Source: an uncultured Arthrobacter sp. (GTDB lineage: Bacteria > Actinomycetota > Actinomycetes > Actinomycetales > Micrococcaceae). From it: a stretch of DNA of 64,000 bases. Each line of letters begins with the position of its first letter. Positions within the stretch are counted from its first letter, which is position 1. The notes under the pieces are model-generated. The model was not told the DNA's origin and made no database searches. It saw nothing but the letters and a program-made list of their open reading frames with translations. This document shows, in pieces, positions 41,281-50,522 of this stretch. The DNA lies in assembly GCF_947495145.1 (NCBI RefSeq), contig NZ_CANLXP010000001.1:48172-112171 (forward strand). Direction: 5' to 3'. The translations under genes were made by a program, and so were the position numbers.

Positions 41281-43044
41281 ATGGACAATTTCCTTCGCCA
41301 GACCGCGGCCGCACGGGCAGCGACGTCCACGGGTGGTTCCGAGGTGCACCGACCTCCCATCGTGAACGGCTTCCGCACGGAAAGGCTGCTCGGCGTCGGC
41401 AGCAGCTCATGTGTGTGGCTGGTTGAGGATCGAAACACCGGTGCCCCGAGGGCACTCAAGGTGCCCCACACATCCGCTTCCAGCGCCGAAGCCGGTCCGG
41501 CGGAAGGCTCAGAAGGCTCGGAAGGCTCAGAAGGCGCAGAAAGCTCGGAGGGGCTGTCGAAGCTGCGACGGGAGATGGCCGTCCTGGGGACGCTGGAACA
41601 TGCTCATCTCCTCGGCGTCCATGGCATCGTATCGACTGACCTCGGCCCTGCAATCCTGCTGGAGCATGCCGGCGGCGGGTCGCTGCTGAACCTGGTGACC
41701 GCTCGTGGACGGCTGAGCGTGGGTGAGTGTATTACCGTCCTTGCGCCGATCGCACAGGCACTGGCCTACCTTCACTCCGCTTCGGTCCAGCACGGCGATG
41801 TGTCGCCCGGCAATGTCCTGTTCAGCGCCGAAGGGAAGCCGCTGCTCGCAGATCTTGGTGTAGGGCGGCTTCTCGGCGAGGCAAACTCCCGGACGCATGG
41901 CACGGACGGGTTCTCGCAATCCGTTCTGGAAAGCGGGTTGCCGGCCGGTTTCGCCTCAGATGTTTACTCGATCGCCGCGATCGGCTGGTACTCACTCACC
42001 GGTCGCCCACCCGGTCCGGCAAGGGAAAGGGTGCCGCTGCCGCTGCTCGTGCCTGACGTACCTGTCGAACTGCTCAATATTCTTGAAGCTGCGCTGCACG
42101 ACGATCCGCAGAAACGTCCCACGGCCGGTGAGGTGGCAGACGCTGTGCTGCATTCTGCCCCGCCGCAACCCCTGGACCTCGTCGCAGCTGTTCATCCGTC
42201 CGTGCTGCCGCAGCTCCTGACACGGCGGGCGCCTGGTGACGAGTTACGTGTCCGACGGGGTCGGTTCTTCGTAGACTTCACAGCGTTGCCCGCGTTGAAG
42301 CCGCGCCGGCGCCGAGCTACCCGGAGCACGAATGCTTCGAAGGACGGGCGTCGAAGTGCACGGCGCCGGAAGGGTTCCCGGGCCGGATGGGTTTCGGTCA
42401 TGTTCCGCGTCGTTCCCTTTCTACTCGTGCTCTGTGGAGCTCTGCTGGTCGGTCCGCAGCTGTTGGACATGATCGGCAGCGAAACGAACGACGCCGGGCA
42501 GGAAGCAGCCGCTGTTGAGGATTCCATTGGAACCGGCGCGCAGGTCGGTTCGGAAAAGAGGGCGTCGCGGCCGGAGGCTCCGGACACGACGAGCGGCACC
42601 GGCCAGAGCATGGGACTCTCCGCAGAAATGCGGCAAAGACTGGCTGATGCGGATCCAGTGAAAGCACTGTCCGCACTCGTAGCCGTGCGAGCCATGGCGC
42701 TGGCAACCGGAGAGGCGGACCTGTTGTCCCACGTGAACGTCGAGGATTCAGCCGTGATGAGCGCCGACCGGGAGATAGCGATGGGGCTCCAGGAACGCGG
42801 CCACGTTTTTCACGGCCTGAGCATCCGTCTTCAGGAGACGGCGCTGACAGACGCCGTCGCCATTCCGGAGGGCGCGGCTGCGGTCGCCGCCACGGCCATC
42901 ATGTCGGGGTACACCGAGATGGACGGCTCGGGAGCCGCTGTGCGGGAGGTAGAGGAATCGACGCCCCAGGACCTTGTTTTCGTTCTGGTCAGGCAGGAGG
43001 ATGCCTGGAAAATCGCAAGTGTGCACAATTCGGGCTCCGGCTGA
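41281..43044 (+). CDS. Membrane-anchored Ser/Thr protein kinase-like protein with atypical catalytic motifs
   Basis: Hanks-type fold: glycine loop GVGSSSCV, ALKV lysine, HGDVSPGN in place of HRDxKxxN (41791-41814), DLG in place of DFG (41851-41859), SDVYSIAAIGW. A basic linker and TM helix (VVPFLLVLCGALLVG) are followed by an extracytoplasmic domain of about 190 aa. Confidence 0.75.
   Translation: MDNFLRQTAAARAATSTGGSEVHRPPIVNGFRTERLLGVGSSSCVWLVEDRNTGAPRALKVPHTSASSAEAGPAEGSEGSEGSEGAESSEGLSKLRREMAVLGTLEHAHLLGVHGIVSTDLGPAILLEHAGGGSLLNLVTARGRLSVGECITVLAPIAQALAYLHSASVQHGDVSPGNVLFSAEGKPLLADLGVGRLLGEANSRTHGTDGFSQSVLESGLPAGFASDVYSIAAIGWYSLTGRPPGPARERVPLPLLVPDVPVELLNILEAALHDDPQKRPTAGEVADAVLHSAPPQPLDLVAAVHPSVLPQLLTRRAPGDELRVRRGRFFVDFTALPALKPRRRRATRSTNASKDGRRSARRRKGSRAGWVSVMFRVVPFLLVLCGALLVGPQLLDMIGSETNDAGQEAAAVEDSIGTGAQVGSEKRASRPEAPDTTSGTGQSMGLSAEMRQRLADADPVKALSALVAVRAMALATGEADLLSHVNVEDSAVMSADREIAMGLQERGHVFHGLSIRLQETALTDAVAIPEGAAAVAATAIMSGYTEMDGSGAAVREVEESTPQDLVFVLVRQEDAWKIASVHNSGSG
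41503..41547 (+). repeat. 9-bp in-frame tandem repeat inside the kinase gene
   Basis: GAAGGCTCA GAAGGCTCG GAAGGCTCA GAAGGCGCA GAAAGCTCG encodes EGSEGSEGSEGAESS. Confidence 0.85.
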
Positions 43045-43074
43045 GAGTGGGGGACCTGTGGTTATGATCGGACA

Positions 43075-46000
43075 ATGGCTCCCTCTCACTACCTGCGCTA
43101 TCCGCATCTGTCCGGAGATCTCGTCACGTTCGCAGCCGAGAACGATGTCTGGGTTGCTCCCGTCTCAGGAGGACGCGCCTGGCGGATATCGGCGCTTCAG
43201 CAACCCGTGCGAAACCCGCGTTTATCACCGGATGGCTCCACCATCGCCTGGACCGTCGTGCAGGGCTCCGCGCCCGAAGTCGTTGCCGCGGACACGGACG
43301 GCGGAAATTTCCGACGGCTGACCTACTGGGGGCATCAAAGCACCAGGGTGAAGGGGTTCACCGCGGACGGCCGAATCATCGCAACGAGCGCGTTCCGCCA
43401 CGAGGATCCCAGGCACACCTGGGCCTACACGCTGCCGGTGGATGGATCACCCGGCAGCCTGGTGCCCTACGGACCGCTCGATGCGATTGTCCACGGAGAA
43501 GCGGTGGGGGACGAGCGTCCCATTGTCATCGGCAGCGTCATGACCCGGGAGCAGGCCTGGTGGAAGCGTTACCGAGGGGGTACCGCGGGCAAGCTCTGGA
43601 TGGACCCGGACGGTTCCGGCGACTTCAGCCGCTTCCTTCCGGAGCTCGACGGCAATCTGGCGGATCCGATGTGGGTTGGCGGCCGGCTGGCGTTCCTTTC
43701 TGATCACGAGGGATACGGCAATCTGTATTCCGTGACAGCGAATGGGCAGGATCTTCGGCGCCACACAGACAGTGAGGCGTTCTATGTGAGGCATGCCAGC
43801 ACCGACGGAAGCCGCGTTGTGTACGAGTCCGCCGGCAAGCTCTGGCTACTCGACAGCCTGGATGCTGAGCCGCGGGGTCTGGATATCGGACTGGGCTCGG
43901 CGTCTACGGGCCGTCGCCCACAGCCGCTCAATGTCGCGCGGCACCTTGCGGCGGCAGTGCCGGTCACGAACGGTGGTGCAAGCGTCGTCGAGTCGCACGG
44001 CACGCTGCATCTGCTGACCCACCGTGACGGACCATCCCGGGTTGTGGACGCGACCGCCGGTGTCCGTGCGCGGCTTGGTCGCCCAGTCGGCGACGACCGC
44101 GTTGCGTACGTAGCGGATCACGGTGGCGAGGAGGCCCTCTACATACGCAACGCGTTCGAGGTAGACATTCCCGCCAACAATGAAGCCTTACGACCGGAAC
44201 CCGCGGCAGCGGATGACGGTCTGCCCGCGCCGGTGCCGGCAACACAGCCGGACGGCTCCAGCACGCAGCAGGAGACGGGTGATGCAGGGGATGCAGACCG
44301 CGCCGCCGACGCCGTCGTGGTCGTCGCGCAGGATCATGCGGGCGGTACAGCCCTTTCGCGCGTTGCATTCGAGGGTCGGTTCAGGGCGGGCAATCTCGCG
44401 GTCAGTCCGGATGGGAAGACCATCGCTCTTGCCGGCGAGATGGGTGAAATCCTCATTCATGAGGTGGGTACCGAGGAGATCTTCACACTGTCCACGACGT
44501 CCCACGGCGCCATCGACGACCTGGCGTTCTCGCCCGACTCGTCCTGGCTTGTCTGGACGGAACCGGTCACAGGCGAGGGCGCACGCACACGCATCCGGCT
44601 TGCCCGGACGACACGTGAGCCGGAAATCTTGGACGTCACGGACGGGCGCTTCCGCGACCACGCGCCGTCGTTCACTCCTGACTGCAGGTTCATCGCCTTC
44701 CTGTCTGACCGAAGCTTCGACCCGGTGTATGACACCCACCGCTTCGACCTCAGCTTCCCTGCCTCGACCAAACCGTTCCTGGTTGCACTTTCAGCCGGTA
44801 CGGCCTCCCCGTTTGGCCCCACCGTGCACGACCGGCCAACCCGGGTTGAGGACGGGGAGGCTTCCACGCCGGCTGTTGAAGTGACGGCGGAACGCCTGGC
44901 CGAACGGATCATTCCCGTGCCGGTGACGCAGGGGTCCTATGAGGGCCTCCGCGCGGTTGAGAACGCTTTGCTCTGGGTGGCAGCGGACACAATTGGAATC
45001 ACCGGAGACGGCCGCGCCACTACGGATGCGAAAGAACCCGCGAAACGACTTGAACGCTTCGACCTGACCAAGCGCGAAACCGCCACCCTGGTGCAGGAGG
45101 TTGACTCCTTCGAGATCAGCGGAGACGGCAAGAGGGCTGTGGTCCTCCACGCGGGCACTGTCACTGCGGTACCGACCTCCGGTCCGGCAGACGCTGATTC
45201 TGCTGAGCGGGTCAGCGTGGACCTTAACCGGATCCGCGTTCTGCTCAATCCTCCGAGCGTGTGGCGCCAGGCGTTCGAGGATGCATGGCGCCTTCAGCGC
45301 GATTTCTTCTGGGCGGAAGACATGGGCGGCCTGGACTGGCTGGCAATTCGTGAGCGCTACCGGCCGCTGCTGGACCGAATCGGGTCCCACGATGACCTTG
45401 TGGACGTCCTGTGGGAACTCCACGGTGAACTCGGTACCTCCCATGCCTACATCACCCCCGCGCAGGCCAGCGAGCCGGGAGCGGGTGCTCAGGGATTCCT
45501 CGGGGCCGAGCTCAGCCGGTCCGATCGGGGATGGAGGGTGGACCGAATCTTCGCCGGTGAATCATCGGATCCGCAGGCGGCCGCACCGTTGGCTGCGCCG
45601 GGAGTTGCGGTGGAGCCCGGGGACATCATCCAGGCGGTCGACGGGGTACCTGTACCACCCGAACTTGGTCCGGCTGTGCTGCTTACCGGAGCAGGCGGGC
45701 GGGCTGTGGAGCTTACAGTCGCAAGGCACGACGACGGCGGCGGGCAGCCTGCGGTGCGTCGGGTGGCAGTTGTACCGCTACGAAGCGAGGAGCGGTTGCG
45801 TTATCAGAACTGGGTCAACGCGAATCGCACCATCGTCCATGAAGCCTCGGACCAGCGCTTCGGCTACCTGCATATTCCGGACATGGTGGCTCGTGGATGG
45901 GCTCAGCTCCACAGAGACCTCGACCGCGAAACCGCCAAGGACGGACTCATCATCGACGTGCGACGCAACCGCGGCGGGCATACGTCGCAACTGGTTGCCG

Positions 46001-46485
46001 AACTGATCGGCCGGAAGGTCACCGCCTGGTCGCTTCCGCGGGGCGAGCAGCCCGGCACGTACCCGGCGCATGCACCCCGTGGTCCGGTGGTCGTGCTCAC
46101 TGACGAATTTGCAGGCTCTGACGGCGACATCATCACCCAGGTCGCGAAACTTCGAGGTATCGGCCCAGTTATCGGGACGAGGACGTGGGGCGGCGTCGTC
46201 GGAATCGACGGCCGGTTCAGTCTCGCTGACGGTACCGGTGTCACGCAGCCGCGCTACGCCTTCTGGATGACCGGCGGCATCGAGTGGGGAGTGGAGAACT
46301 ACGGGGTGGACCCTGATATCGAGGTGCCTTTCCCGCCGCACGCCTATGCCTCGCTTCAGGACCCGCAGCTGGAGCACGCCGTGGGTATCCTTCGCGAGAT
46401 GCTGGAGGAATTACCGACGGACGTGCCGCCGGTCCTGGAAAACCATCCGCAGCTGGCACCGCCGCCGCTGCCTCCGCGTCGCTGA
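43075..46485 (+). CDS. Tricorn protease homologue (S41 peptidase with beta-propeller and PDZ domains)
   Basis: 1136 aa. N-terminus YLRYPHLSGDLVTFAAENDVWVAPVSGG is typical of tricorn-type proteases. The C-terminal S41 region contains DVRRNRGGHTS and FAGSDGDII. Confidence 0.88.
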   Translation: MAPSHYLRYPHLSGDLVTFAAENDVWVAPVSGGRAWRISALQQPVRNPRLSPDGSTIAWTVVQGSAPEVVAADTDGGNFRRLTYWGHQSTRVKGFTADGRIIATSAFRHEDPRHTWAYTLPVDGSPGSLVPYGPLDAIVHGEAVGDERPIVIGSVMTREQAWWKRYRGGTAGKLWMDPDGSGDFSRFLPELDGNLADPMWVGGRLAFLSDHEGYGNLYSVTANGQDLRRHTDSEAFYVRHASTDGSRVVYESAGKLWLLDSLDAEPRGLDIGLGSASTGRRPQPLNVARHLAAAVPVTNGGASVVESHGTLHLLTHRDGPSRVVDATAGVRARLGRPVGDDRVAYVADHGGEEALYIRNAFEVDIPANNEALRPEPAAADDGLPAPVPATQPDGSSTQQETGDAGDADRAADAVVVVAQDHAGGTALSRVAFEGRFRAGNLAVSPDGKTIALAGEMGEILIHEVGTEEIFTLSTTSHGAIDDLAFSPDSSWLVWTEPVTGEGARTRIRLARTTREPEILDVTDGRFRDHAPSFTPDCRFIAFLSDRSFDPVYDTHRFDLSFPASTKPFLVALSAGTASPFGPTVHDRPTRVEDGEASTPAVEVTAERLAERIIPVPVTQGSYEGLRAVENALLWVAADTIGITGDGRATTDAKEPAKRLERFDLTKRETATLVQEVDSFEISGDGKRAVVLHAGTVTAVPTSGPADADSAERVSVDLNRIRVLLNPPSVWRQAFEDAWRLQRDFFWAEDMGGLDWLAIRERYRPLLDRIGSHDDLVDVLWELHGELGTSHAYITPAQASEPGAGAQGFLGAELSRSDRGWRVDRIFAGESSDPQAAAPLAAPGVAVEPGDIIQAVDGVPVPPELGPAVLLTGAGGRAVELTVARHDDGGGQPAVRRVAVVPLRSEERLRYQNWVNANRTIVHEASDQRFGYLHIPDMVARGWAQLHRDLDRETAKDGLIIDVRRNRGGHTSQLVAELIGRKVTAWSLPRGEQPGTYPAHAPRGPVVVLTDEFAGSDGDIITQVAKLRGIGPVIGTRTWGGVVGIDGRFSLADGTGVTQPRYAFWMTGGIEWGVENYGVDPDIEVPFPPHAYASLQDPQLEHAVGILREMLEELPTDVPPVLENHPQLAPPPLPPRR

Positions 46486-46497
46486 TTTCTGATATCA

Positions 46498-46539
46498 GCA
46501 CTGCGCCCCGGCACCTTTGAAGGTGCCGGGGCGCAGTGC
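46498..46539. terminator. Bidirectional stem-loop between convergent tricorn and osmC genes
   Basis: Perfect 18-bp stem GCACTGCGCCCCGGCACC / GGTGCCGGGGCGCAGTGC with loop TTTGAA. Confidence 0.7.
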
Positions 46540-46560
46540 CTTGCGTCAAGACGCGTGGGG

Positions 46561-46992
46561 TCAGGACTCGAGAGTCGCATCCAGCGAGATGCTCTTCACG
46601 CCGGCAAGGGCCTGGGAAACCGGGCACCCCGTCTTCGCCTCGTTTGCGAGACGCTGGAAGTCTTCCTCGCTCAGGTCCGGTACGGTCGCCTTCAGAGTTA
46701 GCCGGATGGCGGTGATTCCTTCGCCTGGCTGGAAGTCAACCTCTGCCTTCGTCTCGACCCGGTCCGGAGTCTTTCCTTCGCCGCCGAGCGCGTGGCTGAA
46801 AGCCATGGAGAAGCATGCCGAGTGTGCTGCTGCAATGAGCTCCTCCGGGCTGGTCTTGCCTTCAGCCTGCTCTGCCCGCGCCTTCCACGTGACGTCGTAG
46901 GTGCCAAGCCCGGAGGTGTCCAGTGATACCTGACCCGATCCCGTCGGCAGATCGCCGGTCCAGATGGTGTGTGCTGAGCGTACGGTAGCCAT
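46561..46992 (-). CDS. osmC: OsmC-family peroxiredoxin
   Basis: 143 aa with the two conserved cysteines in HSACFSM and KTGCPVS. Confidence 0.85.
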   Translation of the reverse strand: MATVRSAHTIWTGDLPTGSGQVSLDTSGLGTYDVTWKARAEQAEGKTSPEELIAAAHSACFSMAFSHALGGEGKTPDRVETKAEVDFQPGEGITAIRLTLKATVPDLSEEDFQRLANEAKTGCPVSQALAGVKSISLDATLES

Positions 46993-47050
46993 GAGTTCTC
47001 CTGTTCGATGGTTGGATCATGTGCACCGGACAGGGAGTCCGGTGTTTCGG

Positions 47051-48841
47051 TTACAGGCCGAGATCTGCCTCGAATGCCCCATCCTCAAGGCGGGACTTCA
47101 GCGACTGCAGGAACCTGCCCGCGTCAGCGCCGTCTACGAGACGGTGATCGTAGGTGAGGCACAGGTACATCATTGACCGGATGGCGATGGTGTCCTCGCC
47201 GTCAGCGTCGGTGACAACCACCGGACGCTTGACGATGGCTCCGGTTCCCAGGATGCCGACCTGGGGCTGGTTGATGATCGGGGTGTCGAACAGGGCTCCG
47301 ACTGAGCCGATGTTCGTGATGGTGAAGGTTCCACCGGAGAGCTCGTCCGGACCGATCTGACCATTGCGGGTGCGCGCACCGACATCGGCAATCTTCTTGG
47401 CGAGACCAGCGAGGTTCAGGTTTCCGGCATCGCTGATGACCGGGACCAACAGTCCCTTCTCGGTGTCCACAGCGATGGCCAGGTGCTCAGCATCGTGGTA
47501 AGTGACTTCCTTTGCCTCTTCGTCGAAGGAGGCATTGAGTTTGGCATGCTGCTTCAGTGCCTCTGTCACAGCCTTCGCGATGAACGGCAGGAAGGTCAGC
47601 TTCGCGCCATTCTGTGCCTGGAAAGTCTCCTTCGCCTTCGAACGCAGGCGGGCGACGCGCGTCATATCGACTTCAATGACCTGCGTGAGCTGTGCTGATA
47701 CTTCCAGGGACTCGCGCATACGGCGCGCGATAGTCTGCCGGATGCGGGGAGCCTTCTCTACTGTGCCCCGCAGTTTCGAAGCTGCCGGGGCGGCGGCAGG
47801 TGCGGGCGATGCAGCGGCAGGAGCAGCGCTCGAGGGAGCGTCCTGCTGGGGAGCCTTGGCGGACTCGGCTGCCTCGAGTACATCCTGCTTCCGGATGCGT
47901 CCACCGACTCCGGTGCCCCTGATCGAGCCCAGATCCACTCCATGCTGATTGGCGAGCTTGCGGACCAGGGGAGTGACGTACACAGAATCTGAGCTCGATG
48001 CCTGTCCCGCGGATGCCTGGGCGGGCGCGGGAGCTTCCTTGGCAGGAGCAGCCTGAGCGGGTTCGGCGGGTTCCGGCTTCGACTCGGGTTCGGATTTCGT
48101 TTCCGCCTCCGCTGGTTCCGCGGTGGGCTCTTCACGCTCGGTCGACGCTGCGGCGGCCACCGGTTCCGCTGCTTTGGGTTCTGCCTGCGCGGGGGCAGCA
48201 CTGCCGGATCCGATGACGGCGAGTACGGAGCCGACTTCAGCGGTCTCGTCTTCACTGACCCGAATTTCCTGCAGCGTCCCGGCAACAGGCGACGGGATTT
48301 CCGTGTCGACCTTGTCGGTGGAAACCTCAAGCAGGGGCTCATCCACCTCCACCTCGTCGCCGACTGCCTTGAGCCAACGAGTGACGGTTCCCTCGGTCAC
48401 ACTTTCTCCGAGGGCCGGGAGTGTGACTTCAGTTCCCTCTCCTCCGCCCTGGTCGCCGCCCGATTCCGCAGGTTCCTCAGCGGCAGGGGCTTCAGCGGGC
48501 TCGTCGGCCTGTTGTGCAGGCTCCGAGGACTGGTCGTCTCCGGAATCCTCAGCAGGGGCTTCGGCTCCTGAGCTGTCGCTGTCCGATTCGTCCGAACCGC
48601 CCGTGCCGTCGCCGATCCGCACCAGGGGAGCACCGACTTCGGCGGTCTCGTCTTCAGCGACAAGGATTTCCTCGATGACCCCGGCTATCGGGGAAGGTAT
48701 TTCGGTGTCGACCTTGTCAGTCGATACCTCGAGCAGGGGCTCGTCGACCTCGACGCGGTCGCCGACCTGCTTGAGCCAACGGGTAACGGTACCCTCAGTG
48801 ACGCTTTCGCCCAGGGCCGGTAAGTTCACGGATTCAGACAT
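47051..48841 (-). CDS. sucB: 2-oxoglutarate dehydrogenase E2, dihydrolipoyllysine-residue succinyltransferase
   Basis: Two lipoyl domains from an internal duplication (about 48617-48841 and 48203-48430), each with [18 protein letters not shown]...[14 protein letters not shown]. Also a PSBD ([16 protein letters not shown]) and a catalytic DHRLVDG motif. Confidence 0.93.
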   Translation of the reverse strand: MSESVNLPALGESVTEGTVTRWLKQVGDRVEVDEPLLEVSTDKVDTEIPSPIAGVIEEILVAEDETAEVGAPLVRIGDGTGGSDESDSDSSGAEAPAEDSGDDQSSEPAQQADEPAEAPAAEEPAESGGDQGGGEGTEVTLPALGESVTEGTVTRWLKAVGDEVEVDEPLLEVSTDKVDTEIPSPVAGTLQEIRVSEDETAEVGSVLAVIGSGSAAPAQAEPKAAEPVAAAASTEREEPTAEPAEAETKSEPESKPEPAEPAQAAPAKEAPAPAQASAGQASSSDSVYVTPLVRKLANQHGVDLGSIRGTGVGGRIRKQDVLEAAESAKAPQQDAPSSAAPAAASPAPAAAPAASKLRGTVEKAPRIRQTIARRMRESLEVSAQLTQVIEVDMTRVARLRSKAKETFQAQNGAKLTFLPFIAKAVTEALKQHAKLNASFDEEAKEVTYHDAEHLAIAVDTEKGLLVPVISDAGNLNLAGLAKKIADVGARTRNGQIGPDELSGGTFTITNIGSVGALFDTPIINQPQVGILGTGAIVKRPVVVTDADGEDTIAIRSMMYLCLTYDHRLVDGADAGRFLQSLKSRLEDGAFEADLGL

Positions 48842-48964
48842 GGTGTCCGGTTCTCCTTGTTCGTTCTACCTTCGACCGCCGGTACCGGGAACAGCCGGTC
48901 GGTGTGAGGTTGCCAGTGATGCTTTATATGGAGTGTGGTGCCGCTGTAGGCGGCGGAAGTTACG

Positions 48965-50347
48965 TCAGCCGTGAAGCGGTTTGCCGGCGAGCGCCAGGTG
49001 CGCTTCACCCAGCGACTCGTTCTGGGTGGGATGCGCGTGGACCAGTTGGGCTACGTCCTCGGGGTAGGCTTCCCAGTTCACGATGAGCTGTGCCTCGCCG
49101 ATCTGCTCGCCCATCCGGGTACCGATCATGTGAACGCCGACAACCGGGCCGTCTTTCTCCCGGACCAGTTTTACGAGGCCGCCGGTGCCGAGGATGGAAC
49201 TCTTGCCGTTGCCCGCAAGGTTGTATTCCTGCGTTTCAACCCTGTCATCGCCCAGCTTTTCCCTGGCAGCCTTCTCGGTTAGGCCCACTGAGGCAATCTC
49301 CGGTTCGCAGTAGGTGACCTTCGGGATGTTGACGTCTTCTACGATGACGGGCTTCAGCCCAGCAATCTCCTCCGCAACGAAGATGCCCTGCTGGTACCCG
49401 CGGTGAGCGAGCTGGAGCCCGGGAACAATGTCACCGACTGCGTAGATATTGCCGACGCCGGTGTGCAGCCGCTCGTTGGTAATGACGAAACCACGGTCGA
49501 GCGTGATGCCGGCATCTTCGTAGCCCAGGCCGTCAGTGACGGGACCGCGGCCTACCGCGACCAGCAGCAGATCTGCTTCGAACGTCTTTCCGTCGGCGAG
49601 GGTGACCTTCACGCCGTCGTCGCTCTGCTCGACCTTTTCAAAGAAGGTGCCGGTATTGAACTTGATGCCGCGCTTCTTGAAGGCGCGTTCAAGGTTCTTG
49701 ACGATGACAGCATCCTCATTGGGAACCAGCGAGGGCAGGCCCTCAATGATCGTGACGTCAACTCCGAACGACTTCCAGACTGACGCAAACTCACAACCGA
49801 TAACGCCGCCGCCCAGCACGATGGCGCTGGAGGGAATAGTGTCCATGGTCAGCGCGTGATCGGAGGTGATGACCTTGCCGCCGATTTCCAGTCCCGGCAG
49901 GGAACGCGAGTACGAACCGGTGGCAAGGACGATGTTCTTGCCGGTGTAGGTAGTGCCGTCAACCTCAATGGTGTTGTGGCCGGTCAACTTGCCTGCACCC
50001 TCGATGACGGTGATGCCCTTGGCCTTGATCAGCCCCTGCAGGCCCTTGTACTTGCCGGCGATGATGCCATCCTTGTAGGCGTTCACGGCCGTCATGTCGA
50101 TCGACTCGAACGTCGCCTTGATGCCGTACTTCTCGGCGGACCGCGCACTGTCTGCGACCTCGGCCGAGTGCAGGAGGGCCTTGGTGGGGATGCATCCGTT
50201 GTGAAGGCAGGTCCCTCCGAGCTTGGCCTTTTCAACCAGCCCGACCGTAAAGCCGAGCTGGACGGCGCGAAGAGCGGCGGCATAACCTCCGCTGCCTCCG
50301 CCCAGTACCAGGATGTCGAATTCTTGCGCAGTTGCCGTATCGGCCAC
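48965..50347 (-). CDS. lpdA: Dihydrolipoyl dehydrogenase (E3)
   Basis: FAD motif VLGGGSGGY, redox-active disulfide GGTCLHNGCIPTK and a C-terminal HAHPT motif. Confidence 0.95.
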   Translation of the reverse strand: MADTATAQEFDILVLGGGSGGYAAALRAVQLGFTVGLVEKAKLGGTCLHNGCIPTKALLHSAEVADSARSAEKYGIKATFESIDMTAVNAYKDGIIAGKYKGLQGLIKAKGITVIEGAGKLTGHNTIEVDGTTYTGKNIVLATGSYSRSLPGLEIGGKVITSDHALTMDTIPSSAIVLGGGVIGCEFASVWKSFGVDVTIIEGLPSLVPNEDAVIVKNLERAFKKRGIKFNTGTFFEKVEQSDDGVKVTLADGKTFEADLLLVAVGRGPVTDGLGYEDAGITLDRGFVITNERLHTGVGNIYAVGDIVPGLQLAHRGYQQGIFVAEEIAGLKPVIVEDVNIPKVTYCEPEIASVGLTEKAAREKLGDDRVETQEYNLAGNGKSSILGTGGLVKLVREKDGPVVGVHMIGTRMGEQIGEAQLIVNWEAYPEDVAQLVHAHPTQNESLGEAHLALAGKPLHG

Positions 50348-50417
50348 TTGGACGCTCCCTCGCGTGATCGGTGACGCACTTAGGTTCGCGCGTCGGATGA
50401 TGTCTGGCGGAATGCTT

Positions 50418-50454
50418 GGTGTGATCTGGGTTTACCCTATCGCCAGATCACACC
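50418..50454 (-). terminator. Stem-loop downstream of pepA / upstream of lpdA
   Basis: Perfect 12-bp inverted repeat GGTGTGATCTGG (50418-50429) / CCAGATCACACC (50443-50454) with a 13-nt loop. Confidence 0.45.
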
Positions 50455-50522
50455 ATCAGCCACTTGGTGAAGGGCGAAGCACACCCTCGTGTGTCGAGTC
50501 TCACCCCGGGGGGAGTACCGGT

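Noticed and set aside
44170-44345. Low-complexity Pro/Ala/Asp-rich insert in the tricorn homologue (NNEALRPEPAAADDGLPAPVPATQPDGSSTQQETGDAGDADRAAD).
   Set aside because: It is probably a lineage-specific surface loop between propeller domains. Nothing in the sequence suggests a separate function or a frameshift.
48203-48841. Internal direct repeat of about 230 bp within sucB.
   Set aside because: This is the well-known duplication of lipoyl domains in E2 proteins. The copies have diverged at the DNA level. It is not a mobile or novel repeat.
50418-50454. TGTGA...TCACA within the 12-bp inverted repeat, considered as a CRP/GlxR site upstream of lpdA.
   Set aside because: The half-sites are 21 nt apart rather than 6. 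A simple terminator or hairpin after pepA explains it better.
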